NCBI GenBank assembly: GCA_963663275.1
Contig: OY760183.1
Coordinates: 2,016,001-2,080,000, forward strand
Reading direction: 5' to 3'
DNA: 64,000 bases
Source of the DNA: Chloroflexota bacterium
GTDB lineage: Bacteria > Chloroflexota > UBA11872 > VXOZ01
The translations under genes and the position numbers were made by a program. Positions 9,329 through 19,417 of this stretch are shown piece after piece. The notes beneath the pieces were generated by a model. That model was given only the letters and a program-made list of their open reading frames with translations, did no database searches and was not told the origin of the DNA. How positions within the stretch are numbered: position 1 is the first letter of the stretch; each line of letters opens with the position of its first letter.

Positions 9329-11017
9329 CTATTCCTCCTTGACCTCCTCGTACCAGCCGGAGCCGAAGTACAGGCCGTTGTGCTTGCGGAGCCAGGTGTG
9401 CTTCAGCATCTCCTTCTCCGTTTCCGGATTCAGGAAGACGTAGTCGATCCACGTGCCTTCCGCGGTGGCCTTCAGGAAGTCGGCGCCGTAGTCGTAGCCC
9501 CGCGCGTCGATGCGCATCTCGCGGGTGCGTCCAATGTGCTCCGGATTGTAGTGCCCGATGGTGACCTGGTTCTCGTCCAGGACGAAGACGTACCACTGGC
9601 CTTCCACGCTCTCGGGCGAGTTGAAGTACTCGAGCGTGGCCTCCAGGCCCTGGGCATCGTACCGCTGGATGGCGCGGTGCACCACGAACTGGGTATAGGT
9701 GGCGTCGTCCACGTCCACGTCGCGTTCGTACCAGCCGGAGGCGAAGATGTAGCCGTCGTGCTTGATAGCCCAGGTGTGCTTCTGGTCCTCGTAGCCGGTC
9801 TGTGGGTTCGTGAAGAAGTAGCTTACCCACTTGCCTTCTTCATCGGCGGTGACGAGGTCGTAGCCGTAGGCGTAGCCGGTGATGTCGAGGCGCGTCTTGG
9901 ACGAGGTGCCCCTGATTTCAGGCCGGGTGGGATGGATGATGGTGTTCTCGTTCTCGTCGATGATGAAGATGTACCAGTCGTCGTCCACGCTCTCGGGGGT
10001 GTTGTAGTAAGCGAACGCGGCGTCCCGGCCAACGGCGTCGTAGAGCCGGATGGCCTGCTGCACGAACTCCTGGGTATACGCGGCCGGGTCGGACTTGGAC
10101 GGCCCTTCCTCATACCAGCCGGAGCCAAATAATCTACCTTCGTAGCGCAGCACCCACGTGTGCTTCGATTGGAATGCGTCCGCCGCCGAATTGTAATACG
10201 TGTACGAGGTCCAGGCGCCCTCCTCCGTGGCCGCCGCGGCTACCTGCGCCCCGGCCGGATAGCCGCCCGGGCCGAGGATGTCCGCGAACCGCATTCCCAC
10301 GTTTTCCGGCACGGAGGCGTGGGCGAGCATGACGTCGTTCTCGTCACCGATGAAGACGTACCACGGGCCGTCCATGCTCTCAGGCGTGTTGTAGTAAGCG
10401 ACGGTCGCCTCGAGTCCTTCGGCCCGATAGTATTCCAATGCTTGCACCACGAACGCCTGGGTATAGGCGGCGGGGTCGGACTTATCAGGAAGCCCGGGAT
10501 CTCCTTCGGCAATGACTTCGTACCAACCGGAGCCAAATATCCACCCGTCGTGCTTGACGACCCAGGTGTGCTTCGATTGGAATTCACGTCTATCCGGATT
10601 GCGGTGAAGGTAGTCTACCCAGATTCCTGCCTCGGTCGCCGCGGCCAAGGCCTCGCCGTATTTGAAGCCGACGATGTCCACCCGCTCGCGGACATTCGTG
10701 CCCACGATGGCCGGTATGGTGGGGTGGGCGACGAAGGTGTCGTTCTCGTCGATGATGAAGACGTACCATTGGCCGTCCACGCTCTCCGCGGAGTTGTAAT
10801 ACTCGACGGCCGCGTCGCGCCCGTTGGCCTTATAGTAGTCAATTGCCCGGTCAACCAGGTGCTGCGAATACGCTGCCGGCTCGGTGTTGGGATCGGGAAA
10901 GGGCTGTATGACTTGCACACTGCACGAGACGGCAAGCATAAGCGCCGCCAACGCTACAATTGCCCCGATACTTCTGTGTATTCGGGTCTCCACGAAGACT
11001 CTCCTCTCTGAGGTCAC
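9329..11017 (-). CDS. Lipoprotein with four tandem single-Cache (sCache_2-like) domains
   Basis: Lipobox LAVSC; four repeats of A..yY...G.eA...yyN..ES.DG.WYvFI...H...G.Wv.Y...NP....KHTW....G..FgSGWYE. Confidence 0.8.
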   Translation of the reverse strand: MTSERRVFVETRIHRSIGAIVALAALMLAVSCSVQVIQPFPDPNTEPAAYSQHLVDRAIDYYKANGRDAAVEYYNSAESVDGQWYVFIIDENDTFVAHPTIPAIVGTNVRERVDIVGFKYGEALAAATEAGIWVDYLHRNPDRREFQSKHTWVVKHDGWIFGSGWYEVIAEGDPGLPDKSDPAAYTQAFVVQALEYYRAEGLEATVAYYNTPESMDGPWYVFIGDENDVMLAHASVPENVGMRFADILGPGGYPAGAQVAAAATEEGAWTSYTYYNSAADAFQSKHTWVLRYEGRLFGSGWYEEGPSKSDPAAYTQEFVQQAIRLYDAVGRDAAFAYYNTPESVDDDWYIFIIDENENTIIHPTRPEIRGTSSKTRLDITGYAYGYDLVTADEEGKWVSYFFTNPQTGYEDQKHTWAIKHDGYIFASGWYERDVDVDDATYTQFVVHRAIQRYDAQGLEATLEYFNSPESVEGQWYVFVLDENQVTIGHYNPEHIGRTREMRIDARGYDYGADFLKATAEGTWIDYVFLNPETEKEMLKHTWLRKHNGLYFGSGWYEEVKEE

Positions 11018-11213
11018 TGGCTGTAACGACGGTGAACCAAACTGTCACTCTTACATTAAGAGTATACCATTTGGCGCACTCTGGTTCCGGCGCTGCCGCC
11101 TCTCCGCCGCAGTTTGCCAATGCGCCGCGCCAGCGCCATTCCACCAGCGTTTCGGACTATCGACACGGAGCGAGTCCCCGCGCGGCAAGTGAACGCCAAC
11201 TGCGGCGCGGCGC

Positions 11214-12941
11214 TTACTCGGTACCCTCGTACCAGCCCGCGCCGATGACGTAGTTGTCCCGCCGCACGACCCAGGTATGCTTGGGCGTGGGCTCTCTGGT
11301 CTGGGGGTGGGTACCGAGGTAGCTTACCCACTCTCCCCCTCCGGTCTCGGTGACGGCCGCAAAGGCTTCGCCGTAGTTGAAATCGTTGGCGTCGATGCGC
11401 TCGCGGGTCGTGCCCACTAAATCGGGGTGGTTGGCGTTCGCGACCGTATAGAGGTCGCCGTCACGGTCTTCGAGGATCCAGACGTACCACGTGCCGTCGA
11501 GGCTCGCCGGGTCGTTGTAGTGGGCGAGCGTGGCCTCAGGTCCCGTGTCGTCGTAGCGCGTCAGGGCGCGCCCAACCAACAGCCGCGCGTACTCGGCCGG
11601 GTCGTCTTTCGTCGGCGCCGCCGTATACCAGCCGCTGACGAAGATGAGATCGTCGGCGCGCACGGCGTAGTAATGCTTCACTTCCTCGCTGGTGTGGAAG
11701 GGGTTCTGCTCATCGACCGTCGGCACGCCGATGACGTCGCGGACGAAGAGTCCTTCTTCAGTCGCCTCAACCAGGTCGCGGGCGTAGAAGTAGCCCGCGT
11801 CGTCGTAGGCTTCCGAGCCGGTCAGCAGGCTATGGCCCACGTAGACCGGGGCCGGATGCGCCAGCATAACGCCGTTTGCCACGTCCATGATGAAGACGTA
11901 CCAGCGGCCGTCTACGCTCGCCATGGAGTTGTGGTAGTCAATTGCCGCATCGCGGCCTTCGGCGCGGTAGCGGGCCACCGCGCGCTCCACCGTTGCTACC
12001 GTATAGTCGATGGGATGGCACTTCGTGGGCAGCAGCGGGTGCGCCGCGGCGTTCTCATACCAGCCGGAACCGATGATCACGTCCCCGCGGCGGACGGCCC
12101 AGGCATGCTTGAGTTCGCAGGCGCCGCTGTTGGGATTGCGGGAGTAGTATGAAATCCAACGGCCCGCCGGGGTGACTTCCAGGAACTGCGGGCCATGCCG
12201 CGTGCCCGCCAAATCGAAGCCGATGGGGCCGAGCAGGCTCTGCCCCACGATTTCCGGCGCAGTCGGGTGAGCGATGATTGTGGCTTCCAGGTCGAGCACG
12301 TAGATGTACCAATCGCCGTCCACGCTCGCGGGGTCGCTGTACTTCTTGATCAGGGCGTCCACGCCGCCCACGTCGTAGGTGTTGACGGCTTCATAGACGA
12401 ACCATTTCGTGAAGCCGGCCGGATCGTCCTCTTTGGTGGGCAGGGGAACCAGGTTTTCGTACCAGCCGGAGGCGAAGATCAACCCGTCGTGGCGCACGTG
12501 CCAGGCGTGCTTCTGGCCCTCGGCCACGGGCCGCTCACCCTCGTAGGTGCGGTAATAGTAGCTGACCCATTGGCCTTCCTCGGTTGTGCTAAGCAAAATC
12601 GGGCCGTAGAGGAAGCCGCGCGGGTCGCGTCGCTGCGCCGACTTCGCGCCAAGGAGCGCCGGGTTCGGGTGGACGACGAGCGCGTCGGCCTCGGCGTCGA
12701 CGATGAAGAGGTACCACTGGCCCACGGCGCTCTCAGGGCTACTGTAGTGCGCGAACGTCGCCTCGCGCCCTTGCTCATCGTACATGGCGATGGCTTCGGC
12801 CACGAATGCCTGGGTGTAGGCGGCGGGATCGCCATCGGGATCGGGGGGAGGTGACTCTACCTGAAGACTGCAAGCGGCAGCGAGCAAGAGCACCGCCGCC
12901 GCGAACATGACTGCAAGACTGCCGCGAATCCGTCCGGACAT
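11214..12941 (-). CDS. Second lipoprotein with four tandem Cache domains
   Basis: Lipobox LAAAC; four repeats with S.dG.WY.FI, HP, KH.W/Y and sGWY motifs. Confidence 0.8.
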   Translation of the reverse strand: MSGRIRGSLAVMFAAAVLLLAAACSLQVESPPPDPDGDPAAYTQAFVAEAIAMYDEQGREATFAHYSSPESAVGQWYLFIVDAEADALVVHPNPALLGAKSAQRRDPRGFLYGPILLSTTEEGQWVSYYYRTYEGERPVAEGQKHAWHVRHDGLIFASGWYENLVPLPTKEDDPAGFTKWFVYEAVNTYDVGGVDALIKKYSDPASVDGDWYIYVLDLEATIIAHPTAPEIVGQSLLGPIGFDLAGTRHGPQFLEVTPAGRWISYYSRNPNSGACELKHAWAVRRGDVIIGSGWYENAAAHPLLPTKCHPIDYTVATVERAVARYRAEGRDAAIDYHNSMASVDGRWYVFIMDVANGVMLAHPAPVYVGHSLLTGSEAYDDAGYFYARDLVEATEEGLFVRDVIGVPTVDEQNPFHTSEEVKHYYAVRADDLIFVSGWYTAAPTKDDPAEYARLLVGRALTRYDDTGPEATLAHYNDPASLDGTWYVWILEDRDGDLYTVANANHPDLVGTTRERIDANDFNYGEAFAAVTETGGGEWVSYLGTHPQTREPTPKHTWVVRRDNYVIGAGWYEGTE

Positions 12942-13171
12942 GATCTACCCCTCCTCATTGAGGTCGCTGTCGCAGGTGTCGGGCCATGCGAGATACTTCG
13001 CTCTCTTCCAATTCTACTATAGTCGGCAAGGATATTTGCGAGTTCTCGCTCGCGTCAACGTAGAGTAGTTTTGGATGGGCGCACGGGTGCGGGAGCGCGG
13101 TAGCGCGATGCGGGTTCGGCAAGGCGTGTCCGCGCAGCGCCCGGCCTAGAGGATGCCTCCCCCGCGCGGAG

Positions 13172-13316
13172 CTGACAGGGGTAGGCTTCTACATCCGACT
13201 TCTCGTGTCATTCCGAGCGGAGCGCAGCGGAGAGAGGAATCTAAGGCTTTCGCTGCAAAAACGTCGGTTCTAGATTCCTCGCTCCGCTCGGAATGACACT
13301 TGCCTACCCCTGTCAG
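13172..13316. mobile_element. 145-bp MITE with 15-bp perfect TIRs and an 11-bp target-site duplication
   Basis: TIR ctgacaggggtaggc / gcctacccctgtcag; cccgcgcggag at 13161-13171 and 13317-13327; internal REP-like hairpin 13205-13299. Confidence 0.85.
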
Positions 13317-13393
13317 CCCGCGCGGAGTGAGGCGGCTGCGGGCATTTCACCTGGGACTAAGGGGGGACTCCCGGCAGGCTTGGCGTTGCGCCG

Positions 13394-14602
13394 CTACCAG
13401 CCGGCGATGAAGGACTCGCAATCGATGCCCGCCGGCAGTTCGTTGAAGTAGTAGCGCATGGGGACGGCCTGGAAGGCGGGCTCGAACACGTCCTCGTCGC
13501 TCTGGAGCGCGGCGTCGATGCCCGCGAACCGGCGCCAGAGGGTTGCCGCTTCCGCGGCGGCGAAGCGTGAGGCGAAGTCCGGCCCCCAGTTGAGGGTAAT
13601 GGGATGCGACGACTCGACCCACTTGTGCAAAGCGTCCGGCGGGCCGCGATTGGGATCTTTCAGGATTTGAATCTGCATTGCCGCCTTGGACAGATAGATC
13701 GTGAGCACGGTGCGTCCGTGCGGCCCCGCGCCCGGTTGCAGGGTCTCCAGCGCGTCGCGGTAGCCGGCTTCGTCCTTGGCGATGACGGCGCGGAGCGCGG
13801 CCTCGGTGGCGTCCTGCATACGTTCGCCGCGCGCGGCGAAAGAATGGAATCGCTCACGGGCCCACGGCGCGACGTGCTCCAGAAAGCCGAGTTCCGGGTA
13901 GGTTCCGTAGACGGCGTGGCCGCCGTGGAGCGTGCGCCGCCGCTTGGTGGTGTAGTTGCTGCCGGTGTGGTTGAGAAAGTTGATGTAGACGACGCCGTCG
14001 CCGGCCTTCAATTCCACGGGGATGCCGCCGGTGACCGGCGCGGCGCGGTCTTGGAGCAACTCGGCGTTCTCCTGCGCGGTGTTGCGCCGGCGATGGCTGC
14101 CGGGAATCACCCACAGCACGCTGTCGTCATAGAGCGGCACGTTCCACTGGGTGTATCGCGGGCCGTTTTCCATCAGGTCCGCGGTCAGCGCGTCCAGCGG
14201 AGCCATGTCAACCGGATGGATGTCCCGGTGCCAGCCGGTGCCGCCCGGCCAGTCGCGCACCGGATTGCACATCATCATCATTTCGCTGATGCAGGGCGTG
14301 GGATTGCAGAGGAGTTGGCTAACGATTTCCAGGGTCTCGTCAGCGATCCAGAAGTCCTCCACGACGTTGGCGGTCTCCGCGTCGATGAGGCCCGGGCGCA
14401 TCATCATGACGCGGGGCTGGCGGACTTTCTCGTATTCGCCGCCGGGCGGGTCGTCCGGCCCGCGCTCCCGCGCCCAGTTCGCCTTTTGCCGCTCCAATAT
14501 CGTCTCGCAACCGGCGCGCATGGACTCCAGCTTTTCCGGAGGAATGAGGCCGCGGATGATCAGATACCCTTGATCCATGAATTGATCGCGGTCAACGTTC
14601 AC
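13394..14602 (-). CDS. Phytanoyl-CoA dioxygenase (PhyH)-family Fe(II)/2OG oxygenase with C-terminal extension
   Basis: F.DQGYL, WHRD, VIPGSHRR, LKAGD, distal H in NHTGSN, RRTLH. Confidence 0.85.
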   Translation of the reverse strand: MNVDRDQFMDQGYLIIRGLIPPEKLESMRAGCETILERQKANWARERGPDDPPGGEYEKVRQPRVMMMRPGLIDAETANVVEDFWIADETLEIVSQLLCNPTPCISEMMMMCNPVRDWPGGTGWHRDIHPVDMAPLDALTADLMENGPRYTQWNVPLYDDSVLWVIPGSHRRRNTAQENAELLQDRAAPVTGGIPVELKAGDGVVYINFLNHTGSNYTTKRRRTLHGGHAVYGTYPELGFLEHVAPWARERFHSFAARGERMQDATEAALRAVIAKDEAGYRDALETLQPGAGPHGRTVLTIYLSKAAMQIQILKDPNRGPPDALHKWVESSHPITLNWGPDFASRFAAAEAATLWRRFAGIDAALQSDEDVFEPAFQAVPMRYYFNELPAGIDCESFIAGW

Positions 14603-14799
14603 GATGTGCTCCTCGCGCTGCGGCGCGCCTTTGGGAGACGCGCCCGGTTGGATACGGCAAATCGAGGCAAATCTAACCCAAAGTCAACGGTCTGTCAAAC
14701 GCCTGAAATCATGCGGTGTAGGGGCACGACATGTCGTGCCCCTACACCTGTGTTGCGGGAGGGCGGGCGCGGTATGCGATTGTGCGCGGGAACGTCAAC

Positions 14800-15618
14800 C
14801 TAACCGCGGTCGTAGCGGAATAGGTGCATCTTCCAATCCATGAACGGCATGATGCCGGTGGCATTGAACAGCGCGAGCGCGCGGCGCGCGTTGATCGGCT
14901 CGCCCGCGTGGACGGCGTTGCACTGGAAGAGGTACGTGAGACCGCCGCGTTCCTCTTCCGCCGCGTACTGCTTCAGGTAGCGCAGGTAGTCGGGACGGGA
15001 GAGATCGAACGGGACCCAGCCCGTGCTGGAGAGCACCCCGCCGTAGCTGAACTCGGGCACTTCGTCGCACAGCCGTTCGGCCCGCTTGCCGTAGCGCGAC
15101 GACCCCCCGACGAATACCACGCCGCCCGGCGCCATGAACCGCCGGGCTCCCTTGAGCACTTCGCGGCGGAAGCCGAAGCCGTCGTCGTCTTCCGTGGCGG
15201 GCGGATTGGCAAGCACGAAGTCCACCCGCCTCTCCAGCGAGTCCAGTCGCTGGCGATCATGCCAGTCCACGGGCGTGTATGAGTCGGAGACGAAGAACGA
15301 CGTCTTGTCGGTGACGGCGTTGTTCAAAGCATTCTCGCGGGCGATTGCCACGCTGGTTTCAGAGATCTCGAGGCCGGAAATGTGATGCACGGTGGGGATT
15401 CTGGCCGCTACAATTGCCAGACACCCGGAACCGGTACCCCAGTCCAGCCCAACGCCCTTGAGCCGGCTCTGGTTGCCCACAATCGCGTGAACTGAAATCA
15501 GGCTGGCCGGCGACAAGGCGAACGTTCCCGGGGGATGCAGTATGCGAATATCCCCCAGACCGGACATCATGTGCCCGGGCAAAGACGATTCATTGGCGGT
15601 CCGAAGGGCGGCGTTCAT
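14800..15618 (-). CDS. Class I SAM-dependent methyltransferase (HemK/PrmC-like NPP motif)
   Basis: LDWGTGSGCLA, GLEIS, VLANPP; GGAGG RBS. Confidence 0.8.
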   Translation of the reverse strand: MNAALRTANESSLPGHMMSGLGDIRILHPPGTFALSPASLISVHAIVGNQSRLKGVGLDWGTGSGCLAIVAARIPTVHHISGLEISETSVAIARENALNNAVTDKTSFFVSDSYTPVDWHDRQRLDSLERRVDFVLANPPATEDDDGFGFRREVLKGARRFMAPGGVVFVGGSSRYGKRAERLCDEVPEFSYGGVLSSTGWVPFDLSRPDYLRYLKQYAAEEERGGLTYLFQCNAVHAGEPINARRALALFNATGIMPFMDWKMHLFRYDRG

Positions 15619-16116
15619 TGGCCTCCTCCCAGTGCTGCGTGGACACTCTTACGGCGCGGCTTTCCCCTCGCGTCCCCCCTCCCGAAATGTTGGAGTCATG
15701 GTACATCACTTTTGGTAGAAAATCCAGAGTTTTCGGCAAGAAAATCCTCAGAAAATGAGAGCGATGAATCGTTGCCAGCATAGGCGTGCCGCCGTACTTG
15801 GCGCAGGTGGATTGAGGGAGCTATGGCGGTTGGTAGTATGTGCAATGTCCATACCGATTGACAAACCGCCGTTTTCAACGGCTCCGGGTTGGCGGGCAAC
15901 GACGGACTGGCGATGCGCTTCCGATGGGTTCTTGACGGCGTTCGCGCGGCCGGGAGCGCCTGTCTGTACCGATGCCGTCGGAGACCCTAACCTACTTCCG
16001 TCATTCCGGCGAGAGCCGGAATCCGGAACGCCACTACAATACAATATAGTGTAGTGGCAATCCTTGTAAATCCCGTGCCCAACTCTTTCCCTTGCGAAGT
16101 TGCCAGAGGTTTGCAA

Positions 16117-16212
16117 GTGTCATTCCGAGCGGAGCGCAGCGGAGAGAGGAATCTACGGCATGGCCCTGCGGGACCACCGCTTCTAGATTCCTCGCTCCGC
16201 TCGGAATGACAC
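16117..16212. repeat. REP-like long hairpin (gtgtcattccgagcggagcg...gaggaatct / agattcctcgctccgctcggaatgacac), same family as 13205-13299
   Basis: Near-identical arms at both sites with a variable loop. Confidence 0.85.
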
Positions 16213-16291
16213 GTTAAGTCGGAGGTAGAATGGGTACCCTGAAAGCCCTAATGGAAAAAGGAGTTTGGCAATGTCTCCGGCGATGATGCTG

Positions 16292-17806
16292 CTAGTCGAG
16301 CGCGGCGACGATCCGCTCGGCTGCCATCAGCGTCGGCAGGTTGGTGTTGGCCCGGGGCACGGTGGGCATGATGGAGGCGTCGATGACGTGGAGGGCCTCT
16401 GCTCCGTGAACCTTGCCTTGCGCATCGACGACGGCTTCCGGGTCGGCAGCCGGGCCCATTCTGCACGTGCCGACCGGATGGAAGTAGTGCAGGCTCTTGC
16501 GGCGCAGATCTTCGGCGGTTACTATGCTGGCCATTTCGTCAAGTTCCTCGCCGATGAGCGCGGCAAGGCGTTGTTGGCGGGCAATTTCCCGGGTCAGCGC
16601 GACGCCGTCAAGCAGCGCCGCCAAGTCGCGGTCGCCGGGATCGGTGAAGTAGCCGGTGTCGATTATGGGGTTGCTGGCGGGGTCCCGGTCGCGCAGCGCA
16701 AGCCGGCCGCGGGACTGCGGCGCCATGTTGGCGACGTACATCTCGCACACCCAGCGTCCCGCCGCGTTTGGCGCCGCCGCGGTGATGGGAGCGACGTGCA
16801 GGTCGAACGCCTCGCCGCAACCGCCGCTGCGGGCCTTTGCCAGGCTCTGCTCGGTGTAGACGGTCTTGCCCACGGCGATGAAGTCTTCCATGAGGGAGTC
16901 GAAGCGGGGCGTGCCTTGGTGCAGCATGGTGACGCCCGGATGGTCGTGGAGGTTGCGGCCGACGCCGGGCAGATCGAGATTTACGGCAATTTCCAGCGCG
17001 GCGAGTTCCGCTGCCGGACCGATGCCGGAGCGGAGCAGGATTGAGGGAGAGCCGTACGCACCAGCGCAGAGGATGATCCGCTCCGCCGCGACCGTCTCCC
17101 GTTTCCCCGCGATGATGACGTTCACCGAGACCGCGCGCGCGCGCCGCAGGTTCACCTTATCCGCCAGACCACCGCCGACCACGGTCAGATTGCCCCGTTC
17201 CCGCGCCGGGTCGAGATAGGCGAACGCCGCGCTCCAGCGGATGCCGTCCCGGTTGTTCACCGGCGCGAGCGCCGCCCCGGCGTTCTCGTCCAGGTCGTTC
17301 AGGTTGGCCGAGCGGGGGATGCCGGCGCTAATCATCGCTTCCAGGCACGCGCTGTGAAAGGGGGTGGCCTCCTCCGGCGTGAAGTCGCGCACGCGCAGGC
17401 GCGCCGCCGCCTGACGAAAGTAGGGCAGCACGTCCGCCGTGGACCAGCCCTCGTTGCCCGCGGCCGCCCAGCCGTCGTAGTCGGCGGCGCTGCCCCAGAT
17501 GGCAATGCAGCCGTTGTGCGCCGAGCAGCCGCCGATTACTCTGGCGCGCTGCAGGGCGTGGCGCGGCTGGCCGTGAGCCGCGGCGCTGGTGAAGCCCCAA
17601 TCGTGTGTGCCGGCCAGCGCGCGGCCGTCCAGTAGTTCGCCCGGCCAGCGGCCTGAATGGCGGGAGCCGTAGTCCGGGCCGGCCTCGAGCAGCAGCACCG
17701 AGCGGTCGCCGCGCGCGGCGAGCAGGCCGGCGACGGCGGCCCCGGCCGTGCCGCCGCCGATGACGACCGTGTCCGCGTAGCGTGGCAGCTGTGTTGGAGT
17801 AGACAT
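16292..17806 (-). CDS. GMC family FAD oxidoreductase (choline dehydrogenase-like)
   Basis: GGGTAG, LEAG, IGGCSAHN, GRNLHDHP, HPVGTCRMG, ANTN; start moved to ATG 17806. Confidence 0.9.
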   Translation of the reverse strand: MSTPTQLPRYADTVVIGGGTAGAAVAGLLAARGDRSVLLLEAGPDYGSRHSGRWPGELLDGRALAGTHDWGFTSAAAHGQPRHALQRARVIGGCSAHNGCIAIWGSAADYDGWAAAGNEGWSTADVLPYFRQAAARLRVRDFTPEEATPFHSACLEAMISAGIPRSANLNDLDENAGAALAPVNNRDGIRWSAAFAYLDPARERGNLTVVGGGLADKVNLRRARAVSVNVIIAGKRETVAAERIILCAGAYGSPSILLRSGIGPAAELAALEIAVNLDLPGVGRNLHDHPGVTMLHQGTPRFDSLMEDFIAVGKTVYTEQSLAKARSGGCGEAFDLHVAPITAAAPNAAGRWVCEMYVANMAPQSRGRLALRDRDPASNPIIDTGYFTDPGDRDLAALLDGVALTREIARQQRLAALIGEELDEMASIVTAEDLRRKSLHYFHPVGTCRMGPAADPEAVVDAQGKVHGAEALHVIDASIMPTVPRANTNLPTLMAAERIVAALD

Positions 17807-18028
17807 AATCAAAAAGCAATTCCGGTGCTGCGGCCAGGATCGATTTGCCGGTTCAAGCCATCGATGGCGGCGCCGTCGGGACGGCAGCATCATAATCCCA
17901 CTTTGGCGAGCCGGTCAACCCAAGCGCCTGTGTCGATAGTACAGCACAACAAGAACAGCCGGTGTCATTGCACACGCTTCGTTCGGTATACTATCGCCAA
18001 GAGACCTTGCACACATGAGGAGGAGGCC

Positions 18029-19396
18029 ATGGCGCAGCGGCACAGCCAAGGGGGAGTTGCAATCGCCCCGGACGGAGAATCTTCTCTTTCAACCACCGAG
18101 ACGGCCAAGCTATTCGAAGAATCCTCTCAATACATGCCGGGCGGCACGTCGCGGCTGCACTACTACTATCAGCCGCATCCGATCTACGCCCAGGCGGGCA
18201 GCGGTTGCTACCTGACCGACGTGGAAGGCGTGGAGCGCATCGACTATCTCAACAATATGACCGCTCTCATCCACGGCCACGCCAATCCGGCCATAAACGC
18301 GGCGATCATCGATCAACTGCAGCGGGGCACGGCCTTCTCCGAACCGGCGGAACCGGAATTGCGGCTGGCCCGCCTGCTGGTGGAGCGCGTGCCGTCTTTG
18401 GACAAGATCCGCTTTGCGAATTCGGGCACGGAGGCGGTGATGCTGGCGGTCAAGCTGGCGCGCGCCTACACCGGGCGCAGCCGCATCGCCAAGTTCGAGG
18501 GCTTCTACCACGGCTACTACGACTACGCGCAGGTGAGTTACGCTTCCCAGCCGGATAGATGGGGTCCGGCGGATGCGCCGCACAGCGTGGCCAGCAGCGG
18601 CGGCCTGGCCGATTCGGTGGAGTCCGACGTGCTCACGCTGCCGTACAACGATAAGGATGCCGTGGCCCGCCTGCTGGACCAGCACGGCAGGGACCTGGCC
18701 GCCGTGCTCTACGACCCGCTCTGCAACCGCGCCGGCTTTCCGCTGCCGCAGGATGATTTCCTCTCGTTCCTGCGCGAGATTACGCGGGATTACGGCATCG
18801 TGTTGATTTCTGATGAGGTGATCAGCTTTCGGGTGAGCTACGCGGGCGGGGCGGCGCGCTTTGGCGGCGAGCCGGATCTGACGGTCTTTGGCAAGATTAT
18901 CGGCGGCGGGCTGCCGATTGGGGCCGTGGGCGGCCGCGCCGAGGTCATGGCGCTGCTCGATCCCACGGCAGGGCCGCCCGCGCTCGCCTCCGGCGGCACG
19001 TACAGCGGCAATCCGCTCTCGGCCGCGGCCGGCTATGCGGCGCTGATGCAACTAACGCCCGACGTGTACGCGCGCCTGGAGACACTTGGCGACGACTTGC
19101 GCGCCCGCGCCAACGCGGTCTTTGGCGACGCGGGAGTGCCGGGGCAGGTCAGCGGCGCCGGTTCGCTCATCCTCGTCGCGCCGACGGACGCGCCGATCGT
19201 CAATTACCGCAGCCTGCCCAAGGGGCCGGCGGCGGAGGCGCTCATGCGCGGCCTGCATCGCGGCCTGATGGACGCCGGCGTCATTGTTTCCAAAGAGGGC
19301 CTGGGCGCGCTCTCCACGCCGATGGGGCAGTTGGAGATCGACCGCTTCATTGCGGCCCTGGAACAGGCGGCGGCGCGTGTTGCCGGCGCGCATTGA
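18029..19396 (+). CDS. Class-III PLP aminotransferase (GSA-aminomutase-like)
   Basis: GGAGG RBS before ATG 18029; NSGTEA, YHG..D, DEVISFR, GKIIGGGLPIGA, GTYSGNP. Confidence 0.9.
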   Translation: MAQRHSQGGVAIAPDGESSLSTTETAKLFEESSQYMPGGTSRLHYYYQPHPIYAQAGSGCYLTDVEGVERIDYLNNMTALIHGHANPAINAAIIDQLQRGTAFSEPAEPELRLARLLVERVPSLDKIRFANSGTEAVMLAVKLARAYTGRSRIAKFEGFYHGYYDYAQVSYASQPDRWGPADAPHSVASSGGLADSVESDVLTLPYNDKDAVARLLDQHGRDLAAVLYDPLCNRAGFPLPQDDFLSFLREITRDYGIVLISDEVISFRVSYAGGAARFGGEPDLTVFGKIIGGGLPIGAVGGRAEVMALLDPTAGPPALASGGTYSGNPLSAAAGYAALMQLTPDVYARLETLGDDLRARANAVFGDAGVPGQVSGAGSLILVAPTDAPIVNYRSLPKGPAAEALMRGLHRGLMDAGVIVSKEGLGALSTPMGQLEIDRFIAALEQAAARVAGAH

Positions 19397-19417
19397 GTCT
19401 CCCAGCGAGCGCGCGTG

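Noticed and set aside
15755-16054. 99-aa ORF in the intergenic gap
   Set aside because: No motifs, atypical composition, and it runs through a REP-like sequence.
5095-19396. Calling either class-III aminotransferase hemL
   Set aside because: Both lack the PGGVNSPVR N-terminal signature and sit in catabolic contexts.
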